Source of the DNA: a virus
IMG/VR virus record: IMGVR_UViG_3300034025_000033
Span: 1 to 61,919 of that record
DNA: 61,919 nt
Reading direction: 5' to 3' (one strand)
Shown here: piece by piece, positions 46,254 through 56,151 of the stretch
Numbering within the stretch: the stretch's first letter is position 1
Layout of the letters: each line of letters opens with the position of its first letter
Translations under genes and position numbers: made by a program
Notes under the pieces: model-generated
What the model was told of the DNA's origin: nothing
Seen by the model: the letters and a program-made list of their open reading frames with translations, nothing else
Database searches by the model: none

Positions 46254-47875
46254 AGCACCGCTTTCAGTTCGTTCGTCGTCGACGCCAGCACGATGCCGTT
46301 CACATCAGACGCCGATTCGACATCCACCGTCCAGTCATGGTGGCGCCCGGGTGGCAGCCGCAGCGGCGCTCGGTCGGCCACGGTTGCCGTGTGGTGCAGC
46401 ACGCCGTCGGCGTAGATGCGCACCGTCACGGCACCGGCGGCGAAGTCGGAGTCGACATGCAGCCAGAAGAACGCCTGCGGCTTGGCCAGCCGGAATGCCT
46501 TGCTCTTCCAGGTGCCGCTGCGCGCGGCGCCGTCGGCCGGCAGGGCGTTGAGGATCTGCGTGCCGTCGAGCACATACAGCCCGTTCTGGTTGGCGAAGAC
46601 GGCGTCGGCCGGCTGCGCCATTTCGGCGATCGTGCGGCTTTTGTAGTCGAACACGAGGCAGCCGCGCGTGGCGTCACCCTTCGTGTAGAAGGCGAAGTAT
46701 CGGCCGTCGAAGCCGGCGCCGCGCATCGAAGCCGGGTTATATCTCGCCCAGTCGGCGCGGTCGATGATGCCTTCAGTGACGACGGCCACGGCGCCGTTCT
46801 CGTACAGGGCCAGGCCGTCCGGGCTGGCGTAGAAGACGGAGTTCGCCACCGGCACCATCGACGCGGCAGAGACGCACGGCACCAGGGTCGGCAGTTTTTG
46901 TTCCGTCAGGCTCATCGAATCCGAGCCGCTGACCAGGTAGGGGAATCCTGTCGTGCCCACCAGCACGCTCTGGCCGATCGCCGCCGTGCCCATGATCTTG
47001 TGCGGCAGCGGCTTGTCGTACTTCGCCGGCCAGGCGTATGGCGCGTAGGGTTCGCAGGCGTGCAGCGTGCTGCCGACGTAGCCGACCATGATCCCGTTGG
47101 ACATGCCGGTCAGTCCTTGCAGGCCATTCGGCGGCTCCAGCCAGCCGGTCGTGGCCAGCACGTCGGGCAGCAACTGCTCGTCGCTCTTGTCGTCGGCGAT
47201 CAGGGTCTGCGTTGCCGGGTATTCGCCCTGCAGGCGCCATACCGCGCTGTTGGTGGTCGTGGCCGAGCGGTACAGGCGGCGCTTCGTGATGAAGCGCCCC
47301 GCTGGCGCGGCGCTGCCGGTGACGTTGGCGGTGTCGTTCTGGTCGAGCGTGGCCAGGGCGGCGGCCGGCGACGGCGCCGACTCTTCGCCGCGGTCGGTGA
47401 CGAACGTTTCGACGTAGGAGCGCGTCACCTGCTGCAGCTTGATGCCGGTGATCGACTCGGACAGCGCGGTGCTGAACGCGGTCTTGAGCATTGCATTGAC
47501 GCCGTCCTGAAAGGAACGGTATGCCGAATCGGCCTTGCGCACTTCGCCCTCGATCTGCGCCTGCAGGTCGATCAGCTGGTTCGTCACATCGACGTTGACG
47601 GCGCCGGTTTCGCCGCGCGGGTAGTCGTCGCGGGTGCGGAAGGCTTCGCGCCCGATCGAGTTTTGCAGCGTCTGCGCGATCGCGCGCGCCGTCTCGCTCT
47701 TCGACGTAAGCGAGGCGCCGCCGCCCTGAATGGCGCTGAACTGTGCCGCCAGCCAGGCGCTCAGGCCGTCGACGTTGACGCGCTTGCTGCCGTCGCTGTC
47801 GGTGTAGATGAAGCCGCGCACGGCGGAATATACGTCTACGCTGGGCGAATCTTCGTCGATGGTGCTGGGGATCAT
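46250..47875 (-). CDS. Tail structural protein (541 aa)
   Basis: Large conserved-looking structural ORF (…LHACEPYAPYAWPAKYD…) in ATGA overlap with the fibre gene. The exact role (tubular/nozzle) is not assignable by eye. Confidence 0.75.
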   Translation of the reverse strand: MIPSTIDEDSPSVDVYSAVRGFIYTDSDGSKRVNVDGLSAWLAAQFSAIQGGGASLTSKSETARAIAQTLQNSIGREAFRTRDDYPRGETGAVNVDVTNQLIDLQAQIEGEVRKADSAYRSFQDGVNAMLKTAFSTALSESITGIKLQQVTRSYVETFVTDRGEESAPSPAAALATLDQNDTANVTGSAAPAGRFITKRRLYRSATTTNSAVWRLQGEYPATQTLIADDKSDEQLLPDVLATTGWLEPPNGLQGLTGMSNGIMVGYVGSTLHACEPYAPYAWPAKYDKPLPHKIMGTAAIGQSVLVGTTGFPYLVSGSDSMSLTEQKLPTLVPCVSAASMVPVANSVFYASPDGLALYENGAVAVVTEGIIDRADWARYNPASMRGAGFDGRYFAFYTKGDATRGCLVFDYKSRTIAEMAQPADAVFANQNGLYVLDGTQILNALPADGAARSGTWKSKAFRLAKPQAFFWLHVDSDFAAGAVTVRIYADGVLHHTATVADRAPLRLPPGRHHDWTVDVESASDVNGIVLASTTNELKAVL

Positions 47876-47890
47876 GCGTGTCCTGTCAGG

Positions 47891-48976
47891 TTATGGAACG
47901 CCGGTCACGGGCAGGTTCGTGTTGTTGGCGCCGGCATAGCCGCGCATGGCGCTGTAGGCGGTCGAGACGGCGCGCGTGATGGCCGCTTCGACCAGCTTGT
48001 CGATGTCGGCGCGCGCATAGAACTGCTGGATCTGGCCGCGCACCATGGGCGAACCGGCGTCGCCGCTGTCGGCCAGGCTGGTGAACCTGTTGACCAGGTC
48101 GCGGATGCGCGCCACTGACTGATCGCGGACCTGGTTCGGCACCTTGATGCGCTCGCTGATGTTGTCGACCACGCTTTGCGCCAGGTCGGTCTTGATGATC
48201 GGTTCGAACGTGATCGGGTGCAGGGTGCCGGTCAGGCTCGACAGCATGTTCGAACCGACCTCCGGGCTGTCGATGCGCACCAGGAGCGGCACGAACGCCG
48301 TCATCACACTGTCGATCAGTTCCAGGCGAAAGCCCAGGCGCGGGTCGTTCAGGTTGTTGTGCGACGGATTGGTCGGAATGAAGCCGGACCCGGACATGGC
48401 GCCGGGGATCTTGAAGGCCGCATACGGCACATTCAGGATGTATGACGGCAGGCTCTGGATGAACTTCGTGCCCAGTTCGGCATTCGTCGGCCCGACATAG
48501 TTGCCGGTGATGCTGCCGCGCCCGAGGCCGTTCAAGACGCTGAGCTTGATGCGCTCCAGCACCTCGTTGCGCGCGGCGACGGCGTCGGCTTCGCTGAATT
48601 CGTCGTTCACGATGGTCTGCACGGTCGGCGCGTTTGCCGGCGCGGGCACGCCCAACTGGCGCACCGATCCGTTCAGGTCGATGACCTTGGGCGCGCCGTC
48701 GCCGCTGTAATAGGTGCGCTCGGTCGGGTCGTTCGGGATCGGGCCGCGCACGAAGTTGACCACGCCGGGGCGGGTGATGAAGATGCCGTTGCCCTCCATC
48801 TTGTAGAGCGTGGCGCCGGCGCTGGCCGTGCCGATGTTCTGCGCGCCCGCCAGCGGGCGGAAGTCGCCGAAGCGCAGGTCCAAGTTGCGCACGTAGGTGG
48901 CCGCCGCCTCGGGCAGGCTTTTCGGGTTCGCCGACGGCGCCATGCCGCCGAAGTTGCGCAGGACGATCGATGCCAT
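47891..48976 (-). CDS. Tail structural protein (361 aa)
   Basis: Clean ORF between the adaptor-like and tail genes. TAATG-type junction upstream. Confidence 0.75.
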   Translation of the reverse strand: MASIVLRNFGGMAPSANPKSLPEAAATYVRNLDLRFGDFRPLAGAQNIGTASAGATLYKMEGNGIFITRPGVVNFVRGPIPNDPTERTYYSGDGAPKVIDLNGSVRQLGVPAPANAPTVQTIVNDEFSEADAVAARNEVLERIKLSVLNGLGRGSITGNYVGPTNAELGTKFIQSLPSYILNVPYAAFKIPGAMSGSGFIPTNPSHNNLNDPRLGFRLELIDSVMTAFVPLLVRIDSPEVGSNMLSSLTGTLHPITFEPIIKTDLAQSVVDNISERIKVPNQVRDQSVARIRDLVNRFTSLADSGDAGSPMVRGQIQQFYARADIDKLVEAAITRAVSTAYSAMRGYAGANNTNLPVTGVP

Positions 48977-49614
48977 CAGGCCGCCTCGACTTTCTCTTCG
49001 GCCGTGCCCTTGGCACCCAGCAGGTTCAGGAACTCGGCGCGGTGCGCCATGGCGCCGGCGTTGTCCATCATTTCGCCTTCCTTCAGGTAGGCGCGATAGA
49101 TCACGTAATTGGTCAGTGCCGTCTTGTAGATGTCGTCGAGCGCGATTGCGGCGTTCTCGTTCGCCAGTTCGGGCGGCGTGGCGGCGAACACGATCTCTCC
49201 CTTGCCTGGCACGGCCGGTTGCGGCGGCGAGACATAGAAGCGTTTCGGGTCGCGGCCATCGAAGGCGTATTCCATCACGGTGATGTTTGACGGATCGCTG
49301 TGCCAGTTCGGGTTTTGCTGGTCCATCGACAGCAGGTCGATCAGCCGCGGCGCGCGGGCGCGCTTGCCGGCGGCGTCGACGTTGCAGACGAAGCGGATGA
49401 ATGCGGTGCCGTTCACCGGCAGTTCCTGGCGCGTGCCTTCGACCAGCTGCAGCGCCTCGTTCTTCACGTAGGCGTCGATTTTCACGATGCAGGTGTCGCG
49501 CTGGCCGTCGTTCAGGTAGGCCAGCAACTCGGGGCGCTTCCAGGTGGTGTTGCTGCTGTCCTGCAGCGTGGCCGCCGCGTCGTCGATGATCTGTTTTGCG
49601 AGGATGGTGCCCAT
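48976..49614 (-). CDS. Head-tail connector/adaptor-like protein (212 aa)
   Basis: GGAGA sits 6 nt before the ATG at 49614 (MGTILAKQIID). Function assigned by position only. Confidence 0.65.
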   Translation of the reverse strand: MGTILAKQIIDDAAATLQDSSNTTWKRPELLAYLNDGQRDTCIVKIDAYVKNEALQLVEGTRQELPVNGTAFIRFVCNVDAAGKRARAPRLIDLLSMDQQNPNWHSDPSNITVMEYAFDGRDPKRFYVSPPQPAVPGKGEIVFAATPPELANENAAIALDDIYKTALTNYVIYRAYLKEGEMMDNAGAMAHRAEFLNLLGAKGTAEEKVEAA

Positions 49615-49775
49615 GCGGTATCTCCAGGTTTCATTCAGGTGGCCGGGGATGCCCGGTCGGAAAGTACAGAGCATCCCCCGCTCATCGTCCGTTATCGTCG
49701 GCGCAGGCACGGTTCGCTCGCCTGCTGGTGCTCGCACCTGCGCGGCCCTCGCCGCGCAACCGCCCGCAACGCGCG

Positions 49776-50372
49776 TTACATCATGTTGGCCTTGACGCGG
49801 ATCGGGGCGCTGTTGGAAGCGCGCCCGACGTTGGTGATGGCCTTCATGATCTCGACTTCGAAGCGCCCGCGCTCGTCCAGGGCGGCATCCATGTCGGAAA
49901 AGGGTTGCTGCTTCATGCCGTACAGTTCGGCCTTGGCGCCGATGCCGATCGCGCGGCCGTAGCGATCGAACAGGGCGTCGTCGATGCTGCTGGCCGTGTG
50001 CGACGGCTTGACGGCGCACAGGAAAACGATCTTCTGGCCGGCGGCCAGCGCCGGGTAGACGGTGAAGCTGCGTTCGTCGTGCACCAGGATGCCGTGCGCG
50101 CCCGGCCCGGCCTGTTCGGGCATGAGCAGGGGTGCGTCGCGCCCGTCGATCGTGGCCGAGATGGTGCGCACGATGCGCATGTCGGCATCAGGCGCGAACA
50201 GGTAGTCCGATTGACCGGCCACGGCCAGCTGCACCGGCAATTTGACCTTCCAGGCACGGGTGCGCTCGCAGAAGTCCTGCGCCGCCATGCGCAGCGCGCG
50301 CAGGCCCAGCGTGAACGTGCAGCCCCGAACGTCGTTCAGGTAAAAGTCGTACAGGGTTTGCAGTGGGGTCAT
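49776..50372 (-). CDS. Head-completion-type hypothetical protein (198 aa)
   Basis: Clean ORF downstream of the capsid genes. Confidence 0.7.
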   Translation of the reverse strand: MTPLQTLYDFYLNDVRGCTFTLGLRALRMAAQDFCERTRAWKVKLPVQLAVAGQSDYLFAPDADMRIVRTISATIDGRDAPLLMPEQAGPGAHGILVHDERSFTVYPALAAGQKIVFLCAVKPSHTASSIDDALFDRYGRAIGIGAKAELYGMKQQPFSDMDAALDERGRFEVEIMKAITNVGRASNSAPIRVKANMM

Positions 50373-50387
50373 GGCCGGCGCTCGGGT

Positions 50388-50867
50388 TTATTCGTCTGCG
50401 GGGGTGGCGCGCATCGCTTCGACGATCTTGGCGATGATGTTCTGCGACTTCCACTTCGGATGGACCTTGATCTGGAAGTTCTCGGCGGCGAACTGCGCCA
50501 GTTCCGGGCGTTCCATTTCGGTCAGGTTGATGTCCTTGCCGTCCGGGCTTTTGATGATGACCGGCGCGCTGGCTGGCTCGTCTTCGGCGCCCGCCTTGTC
50601 GGCGTGGATGGTCTGGCCGCGCTCGGCTTTCGGTGCTGCTGGCAGTTCGGCGTCCTTGTCGACCAGCTGATAGCCCTTGATCGACAGCAGGCGGTGGATC
50701 TGGCGCGCGTGCTCGTTCGGGATGGCGGCGATGTGCGGCGCCTTCGGATCGGCTTCGCGGCCGGCTTCGGGCTTGAAGTGGTAGTGCTCGCCATAGACTT
50801 CGACTTCGCTGCCGCCGGCGCGCTTCAACAGGCATTCGATCAGGGTGGATGGTTTTGCGGTGGACAT
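50388..50867 (-). CDS. Hypothetical structural-module protein (159 aa)
   Basis: Clean ORF with mixed charged composition. Confidence 0.7.
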   Translation of the reverse strand: MSTAKPSTLIECLLKRAGGSEVEVYGEHYHFKPEAGREADPKAPHIAAIPNEHARQIHRLLSIKGYQLVDKDAELPAAPKAERGQTIHADKAGAEDEPASAPVIIKSPDGKDINLTEMERPELAQFAAENFQIKVHPKWKSQNIIAKIVEAMRATPADE

Positions 50868-50931
50868 TGCGCTGCTCCGATTCAGGGGTGAGGGAAAAGA
50901 CGGGCGCGTGCTGCGCCCGCCTGGCTTGCGA

Positions 50932-51384
50932 TTACGAAGTCGCGGTCAGGACGACGGCGATTTTCTTGCCTGCGCCGGCAAAGGTGGCCGGGCCGGCGAC
51001 GACCTTGATGCCCAGCTTGCGCGGCACGTTCGATGCGCCCGACAGGTAGGCGTTCGCGGTGGTGGCTGCTGCATGGCCGCCGGTCTGCGCGACGGTCGAG
51101 GCGGCGATGAAGGTGCTGGTCGCAGCCGCATCGATGTCGGTCTTGGCCGCGTTCAGGATGCCCACGGTCAGGGTGATCGTCGGCGTGCCGTTGGTGTCCA
51201 GGTCGTCCGACAGCAGCGTGACGTTGAACGGTTTCACGCCCGCCTCGATGGTGCCCAGTTCGATGATGTCGCCGGCGGCCAGGGTGGCGTCGGTGACGTA
51301 TTCGAACGGAATGCCGCAGGTGACGGCCGACCAGACCGATGGGACCGGGGTCTGGCCCAGCGCGGTTTTCGATTGTTTCAGCAT
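50932..51384 (-). CDS. Capsid-associated (decoration-like) protein (150 aa)
   Basis: Ala/Thr/Gly-rich beta protein immediately after the major capsid gene. Confidence 0.65.
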   Translation of the reverse strand: MLKQSKTALGQTPVPSVWSAVTCGIPFEYVTDATLAAGDIIELGTIEAGVKPFNVTLLSDDLDTNGTPTITLTVGILNAAKTDIDAAATSTFIAASTVAQTGGHAAATTANAYLSGASNVPRKLGIKVVAGPATFAGAGKKIAVVLTATS

Positions 51385-51448
51385 GTGATTCTCCTAATAG
51401 ACGGGATGCGATAACAGGCGGACCGTTTCAGGCCCGCCCATCAGGCGA

Positions 51449-52567
51449 TTAGTTCGGGTCGACCACTGCGGTGTCGAGCGCGATCACGCCCGAGTCGCGC
51501 GAGACGCCATCGATCACGAACGCGGTCTTCTTGATGCCGAAGATCGAGGACGTGGTGATGACGACCTGGTTGCCGCGGTCTTCCTGCTCTTCGTTCCAGT
51601 CGAAGCGCAGGCCGGTGCCGGCCGAGCCGAAGGCGACGACAGCAGCCTGGGCGCCCATGAACAGCGCACGCGCCGACTTGACGTTCGAACCCGCGCCGTA
51701 GTCTTCCGACAGGATCACCGCCTTGTGGGTGTGCAGGATGGTGTTGTTGTACATGCCCGTGTTGCCCTTGAACATCGGCGAATTGCGGCCCTCGGCGCCG
51801 GCGGCAGCCTTCTGGATGTCCATCCACTGGCCGGTCGCGGTGTTGGTGCGCATCGCATATTCCTGGTACGGGTGCATCACGATGACGTGGTGCTCTTCGC
51901 CATCAATGCGGCATGGGCTGATCGCCGGGACGCCGCCGGTGCCGCCGCCCATGGTCTGCGCGCGGGTCTGTGCACGGTCGATCAGTTTCAGATCGAACAC
52001 GTCGGCTGCGGTCAGGTTCGCCTTCGCGGTGGCTGCGCCGCCATACATCAGATGCAGGTCGTCCGGCGCCACGAGCTGGTTGCCCGCGAAGCCGGCATAA
52101 TCCTTGCCGTAGATGAAATCGCTGTTCGAACCGCGGCGCCCCGACAGGTACATGAAGAACAGTTCGTCGAAGACGCGCGCCCACCACTGGGTCTGGCGTT
52201 GGCGCGCGATCTTGCGCAGGTCGTGCAGGGTACGCTTGCGGCTCATCTTGCCGCCGGTGTTGACGCCGCCGCGTGCCTGGTCGATCGAGATGGAGTCCGT
52301 GTAGAACTTCAGGTCTTCTTCCTTGCCGCGCAGCTGGTTGTCGCCTTCGACCGGCTGCATTTTCAGCGACATCACCAGGTCGTAGGTGACGGTGTCACCG
52401 GCGTCGTTCTGCAGTTCCAGCAGGGTCTGGATCGGGGTTTGGGCATCTTCGCCCACGCCCATGAACTTCTTGTTGAAGTAGGACTCGCGACCCACATCGA
52501 CGGCGAGGAAGCCGCCGAACTTCTTTACAGCTTTCGGGTCATTGACACCGACGATAGTTTGCGCCAT
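51449..52567 (-). CDS. Major capsid protein, N4-gp56-like family (372 aa)
   Basis: MAQTIVGVNDPKAVKKFGGFLAVDVGRESYFNKKFMG...AGDTVTYDLVMSLKMQPVEGDNQLRGKEEDLKFYTDSISIDQ matches my recollection of the N4-gp56 capsid family opening. It follows the scaffold gene. Confidence 0.85.
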   Translation of the reverse strand: MAQTIVGVNDPKAVKKFGGFLAVDVGRESYFNKKFMGVGEDAQTPIQTLLELQNDAGDTVTYDLVMSLKMQPVEGDNQLRGKEEDLKFYTDSISIDQARGGVNTGGKMSRKRTLHDLRKIARQRQTQWWARVFDELFFMYLSGRRGSNSDFIYGKDYAGFAGNQLVAPDDLHLMYGGAATAKANLTAADVFDLKLIDRAQTRAQTMGGGTGGVPAISPCRIDGEEHHVIVMHPYQEYAMRTNTATGQWMDIQKAAAGAEGRNSPMFKGNTGMYNNTILHTHKAVILSEDYGAGSNVKSARALFMGAQAAVVAFGSAGTGLRFDWNEEQEDRGNQVVITTSSIFGIKKTAFVIDGVSRDSGVIALDTAVVDPN

Positions 52568-52654
52568 GGCAATATCTCTCTCAAAAGGTTAATTGAAAGA
52601 GCACTGCTGCGCTCAAACTACTGCGGGCTTGAACTGGCCCGCTACTGCTCCCGC

Positions 52655-52852
52655 CTAAGCGGCTTTGGGGTCTGCCGCCCGGGGCTGCTGACGCCGCTCC
52701 AGGCCGACATACGCTACTTTCGCGCCCCGGTGTTCCACCTTCAACCGCGCCAGCTGGCCGGACTTGGCTTCCAGCGTGATGACCGTGTTGCCGTCGATGG
52801 TGAGGGCTTGCCCCACCTTCAACTCCATGAACACACGTTGCACATCAGCCAT
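52655..52852 (-). CDS. CsrA-like small protein (65 aa; alternative start 52828)
   Basis: MELKVGQALTIDGNTVITLEAKSGQLARLKVEHRGAKVAYV parallels CsrA [39 protein letters not shown] (recalled from memory). TAATG junction with the scaffold gene. Confidence 0.55.
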   Translation of the reverse strand: MADVQRVFMELKVGQALTIDGNTVITLEAKSGQLARLKVEHRGAKVAYVGLERRQQPRAADPKAA

Positions 52853-53808
52853 TACATCGAACTCCAGCGGTCACGTTGTTCCGGCGACATGCGGGCAATC
52901 GCTTGCTCGTAGGCCATGCCGGAAAGTTTGTCCAGGTGCGCGAATTCGCCCCCATCGCCACCAGATGCAGGTGCTGCAGCTGGCAACCCGCCAAGTGTAG
53001 GGGGAATTGCCGACAAATTGGGGGTTCGGGCAGTCTTTGGAGCAACTTTTTTTCCATCGGCAACGTTTTTCGCGCCGTTTTGTGCTTGTTTCGCGGCCGG
53101 CGGGGCGATGTCGAACTCGGCCATCACCTTTTTGTGCGCCTGTTCCAGCACCCAGGTGTCGCTGGCGCCGGCCGGAATGCCCTTGCTGGCGATGCGTTTG
53201 ATCCAGTCGTCGAACGACGAGAATTTTTCGTCGTCCTTGAAGTAGTTCACGCCCGATTCCTGCGCGGCCTTGATCTGGAAGTTGTGCACGGTGCTGAACC
53301 ACGCCTTGGTGGTGGCCAGGGTTTCGCGCATCGCGTCGCGCTCGCGCAGCGTTTGCGCGTCGATCTTGGCGTAGTCGGCAGCCGTGATCTCGCCGTCCAT
53401 CATCTTCTGCATTGCCTCGGCGCGCTTCGCGTCGATCGACTCCAGGCCGGTTTCCAGTTGGCCGTCCAGGTGCGACAGGTCCAGCGGCGGCGCGACGAAG
53501 TCAGGATCGGCGGCTGGCGCTGGCTCTTCCTGCGGCTGTTCGGCAGGCGCCGGCGCTGGAATGTCGGCGGGAACAGGCGCCCCTTCTTCTTCTTCTTCCT
53601 CTTCCTCTTCTTCCTCTTCGTCGTCGGGCAGTTCTCCGCTCTCGACTTCGGGCAGGCCCGGCACTTCGACGGCATCGCCTTTGTTGAGGATGCTGTTGAT
53701 GATCGCGTCTTCGTCTTCTTCGCCGCCGAGCATGCCTTTCAGCTCGTTGGCCGACAGCAGCAGGGCCGATTCGCGGAAGTCCTGCGCTTCTTCTTGGGTC
53801 ATTGCCAT
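52852..53808 (-). CDS. Scaffolding protein (318 aa)
   Basis: It lies between the portal and capsid genes. It is acidic and helical, with a run of 12 Glu. Confidence 0.75.
   Translation of the reverse strand: MAMTQEEAQDFRESALLLSANELKGMLGGEEDEDAIINSILNKGDAVEVPGLPEVESGELPDDEEEEEEEEEEEEGAPVPADIPAPAPAEQPQEEPAPAADPDFVAPPLDLSHLDGQLETGLESIDAKRAEAMQKMMDGEITAADYAKIDAQTLRERDAMRETLATTKAWFSTVHNFQIKAAQESGVNYFKDDEKFSSFDDWIKRIASKGIPAGASDTWVLEQAHKKVMAEFDIAPPAAKQAQNGAKNVADGKKVAPKTARTPNLSAIPPTLGGLPAAAPASGGDGGEFAHLDKLSGMAYEQAIARMSPEQRDRWSSM
53584..53619 (-). repeat. (GAA/GAG)12 poly-Glu codon run
   Basis: Plus strand (ttc/ctc)x12, in frame with the scaffold ORF and preceded by two Asp codons. Confidence 0.9.
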
Positions 53809-53820
53809 GGTTCTCTCCGG

Positions 53821-56151
53821 TTATTGTGGTGGGATGATCGAATCTGCGGCCGGCGTCTCGATGCCTTGCATGGCGCCGTCAGCCTGCTGCAGTTCGGGGA
53901 TGTTGTGCTGCAGTTGCTCGGGTGGCGGCAGCATCGCGGGTGCGCCAGTCTCGGGGATCGGCGCCGGCGTGCCGTTCTTGTCCTCGTAGCCGGCGCCGGC
54001 CAGGATCGCATCGGCCACCGGCGTGATGCCCGGCATCTGTCCGACGATCTGCCCGGCCTGCATCGCCTGGAAGGCTGCGCGCACGCCCAATTCGACGGCG
54101 GCGGCGATGGTCTTCTCGGTTTCGGCGGCCGTGTGCTGCGCTTTCGCCAGGATGGCCTGCGCCTCGTTCTGCACCTTCGCCAGTTCGGCGCGCATGGTGT
54201 CCATCTGCATCTGCTTGGCTTCCTGCTGCTCGGCCTGCGCCGCCTGCTGTGCGGCCTGCTCTTCCGGCGTCGGCTTGCGGCTCGGGTCGGCCTGTCCATT
54301 CAGCTTGCGGATGCGCGCGACGATCTCTTCCTTGTTCGGCACGTCGGCGAAGTCGATCACCATGTCGAGGATCGACAGCCCGGTTTCAGGCGGCAGCTTG
54401 CCTACCAGTTCCATCATCGATTCGAACATCGCCTGCCTGGTGCTGGCGCGGAAGTCCTGTTCGCCGATGATGAAGTCGGCCTTCGATTTCGTGATGTCGT
54501 TGAGGTATTTGCCCTCGGTTTCATCCCATTCGTTGACGCGCTCCCACTCGGTTGGCTTGTTTTCGCCCAGCACGCGGAAGGCTTTTGGGGCGCTGTAGAA
54601 CTGCTCCATCAGCGACAGGCGTTTCTCGTTCGCGATCTGGTCTGCCAGGCGCAGGTTGTCGAACAGGATCGCCGTCACGATCGTGCCCTGGTCCTGCAGC
54701 TTGCCGATTGCCTTGCCCGACAGGCTCGCGTCGTCCTTGCCCAGGTTCTGGTCGGTCACGCCGCCCACGTCGCGGATGATCTGGCCATCGATCATCATCA
54801 GCTTGATGTGCTCTTCGGCCAGCGCCTTGTCGTTGTCGATCTCAAAACGGTGATTCTTCTTGACCTGGATGATCGCGTCGGGCCGCGCCACCTCCGCGCG
54901 CACCTCGTTGATGTCCTCGACGGCTCCCTCTTCCATGATGACGCGCACCGTGGACAGGATGAACAGCGCCTTCGATGCGCGCTTGTTGTAGTCGATCTGC
55001 GCATCGCGCACGTCGCGCACCACGCCATAGGGCAGGCCGTCGCGGTGGCGGCGGTAGCACCAGGCCGGCGTGAACGGGAAGCGGTTGTGCTTGTACGGGC
55101 TTTTCGCGTCGTACAGCAGGTGGTTCTCCGTCATCAGCGCGCAGCGCATTTCCTGGTACTGGTGGGTTGCCACCGACAGGAAACCCTCAAGGCGCAGCTG
55201 CTCGACATCCGCATCCTGCGGGTCGTATTCCTCGCCATCCAGATGACGCGCCTCGGGGTCCATCGAACGGATGATCTTGCGCGACGCCGGCACGGTGTAC
55301 CAGCATTCGATCAGTTTGACGCGCTCGCGGCCGAGATCGACACCGCTGCCGGCCATGCCGATGCCGCCGCGGCGGCTGGCGCCGGCGTAATCGCCGCTTG
55401 AGGACGTGTTGATGCGCGAGCCGAGGTAATAGACATCGTCCTCGTCGGCGCCCATCTGCGTCTCGTCGATCGCCTCGTTCTCCAGCAGCAGCTTGAAGTC
55501 GGGGCACATGGCCTGCGCCTGGTCCAGGTCGACATACGACCAGCGGAAGATATAGCGCGCATCCGACAGGTCCATTTCCTTGGCGTTGGAGTCGTGATAG
55601 ATCGTCTTCCAGTCCGCAAAGCGGGTGCACATCAGTTCTTCGGTCGGGTCCGGGTTGATGCAGTCCTCGATCCAGCCCAGGCCGGCGATGATCTGCGACA
55701 TGAACATGCGCGAGCGCGACCAGGGCGTGCGGTTCACGTCCGACAGGTATTTCAGCAGCTTCTGTTTGACTTCGGCCGCTTCCTCGTCGCCTTCCTCGCG
55801 CGGCAAGACCTTGCCTTCGATGCGCGTGCGACGCTCGGTGCCCAGCATCCAGTTGATCGTCGGCTTGATCTGGTTGAACACGAGCGGCGCCTGACCGCGC
55901 TCCATCAGCGCCTGCACGTCTTCGTCCGACCATTGCAGGCCGTCGTAGAAGTCTTCGTCGGTGGCCTGCTCGGCGCGGTTATCGGCCTGCTTGCTGCGCT
56001 CCTGCAGCAGCCAGTTCATCAGGCGGCCGTGCAGGCGCTTCCTCTTCTCGTCGTTCAGTTTGCTCGGCGCCGTGGCCGCGGCCTTTGGCGCGGTGCCGCC
56101 GAAGCGGGCCGGGTCGTTCATCGCCTTGCTGGACTGGACGTTCTCGATCAT
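53821..56151 (-). CDS. Portal protein (776 aa)
   Basis: Size, position after the terminase genes, and ...DEDFYDGLQWSDEDVQALMERGQAPLVFNQIKPTINW... are typical of podovirus-type portals. Confidence 0.85.
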   Translation of the reverse strand: MIENVQSSKAMNDPARFGGTAPKAAATAPSKLNDEKRKRLHGRLMNWLLQERSKQADNRAEQATDEDFYDGLQWSDEDVQALMERGQAPLVFNQIKPTINWMLGTERRTRIEGKVLPREEGDEEAAEVKQKLLKYLSDVNRTPWSRSRMFMSQIIAGLGWIEDCINPDPTEELMCTRFADWKTIYHDSNAKEMDLSDARYIFRWSYVDLDQAQAMCPDFKLLLENEAIDETQMGADEDDVYYLGSRINTSSSGDYAGASRRGGIGMAGSGVDLGRERVKLIECWYTVPASRKIIRSMDPEARHLDGEEYDPQDADVEQLRLEGFLSVATHQYQEMRCALMTENHLLYDAKSPYKHNRFPFTPAWCYRRHRDGLPYGVVRDVRDAQIDYNKRASKALFILSTVRVIMEEGAVEDINEVRAEVARPDAIIQVKKNHRFEIDNDKALAEEHIKLMMIDGQIIRDVGGVTDQNLGKDDASLSGKAIGKLQDQGTIVTAILFDNLRLADQIANEKRLSLMEQFYSAPKAFRVLGENKPTEWERVNEWDETEGKYLNDITKSKADFIIGEQDFRASTRQAMFESMMELVGKLPPETGLSILDMVIDFADVPNKEEIVARIRKLNGQADPSRKPTPEEQAAQQAAQAEQQEAKQMQMDTMRAELAKVQNEAQAILAKAQHTAAETEKTIAAAVELGVRAAFQAMQAGQIVGQMPGITPVADAILAGAGYEDKNGTPAPIPETGAPAMLPPPEQLQHNIPELQQADGAMQGIETPAADSIIPPQ

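Noticed and set aside
51416-51438. Terminator after the major capsid gene (GGCGG-12 nt-CCGCC)
   Set aside because: The stem is only 5 bp and no U-run follows. It is too weak to call.
52876-55401. 841-aa plus-strand ORF
   Set aside because: It is antisense to the scaffold and portal genes, which have strong family-like motifs and proper coupling. Shadow-ORF composition.
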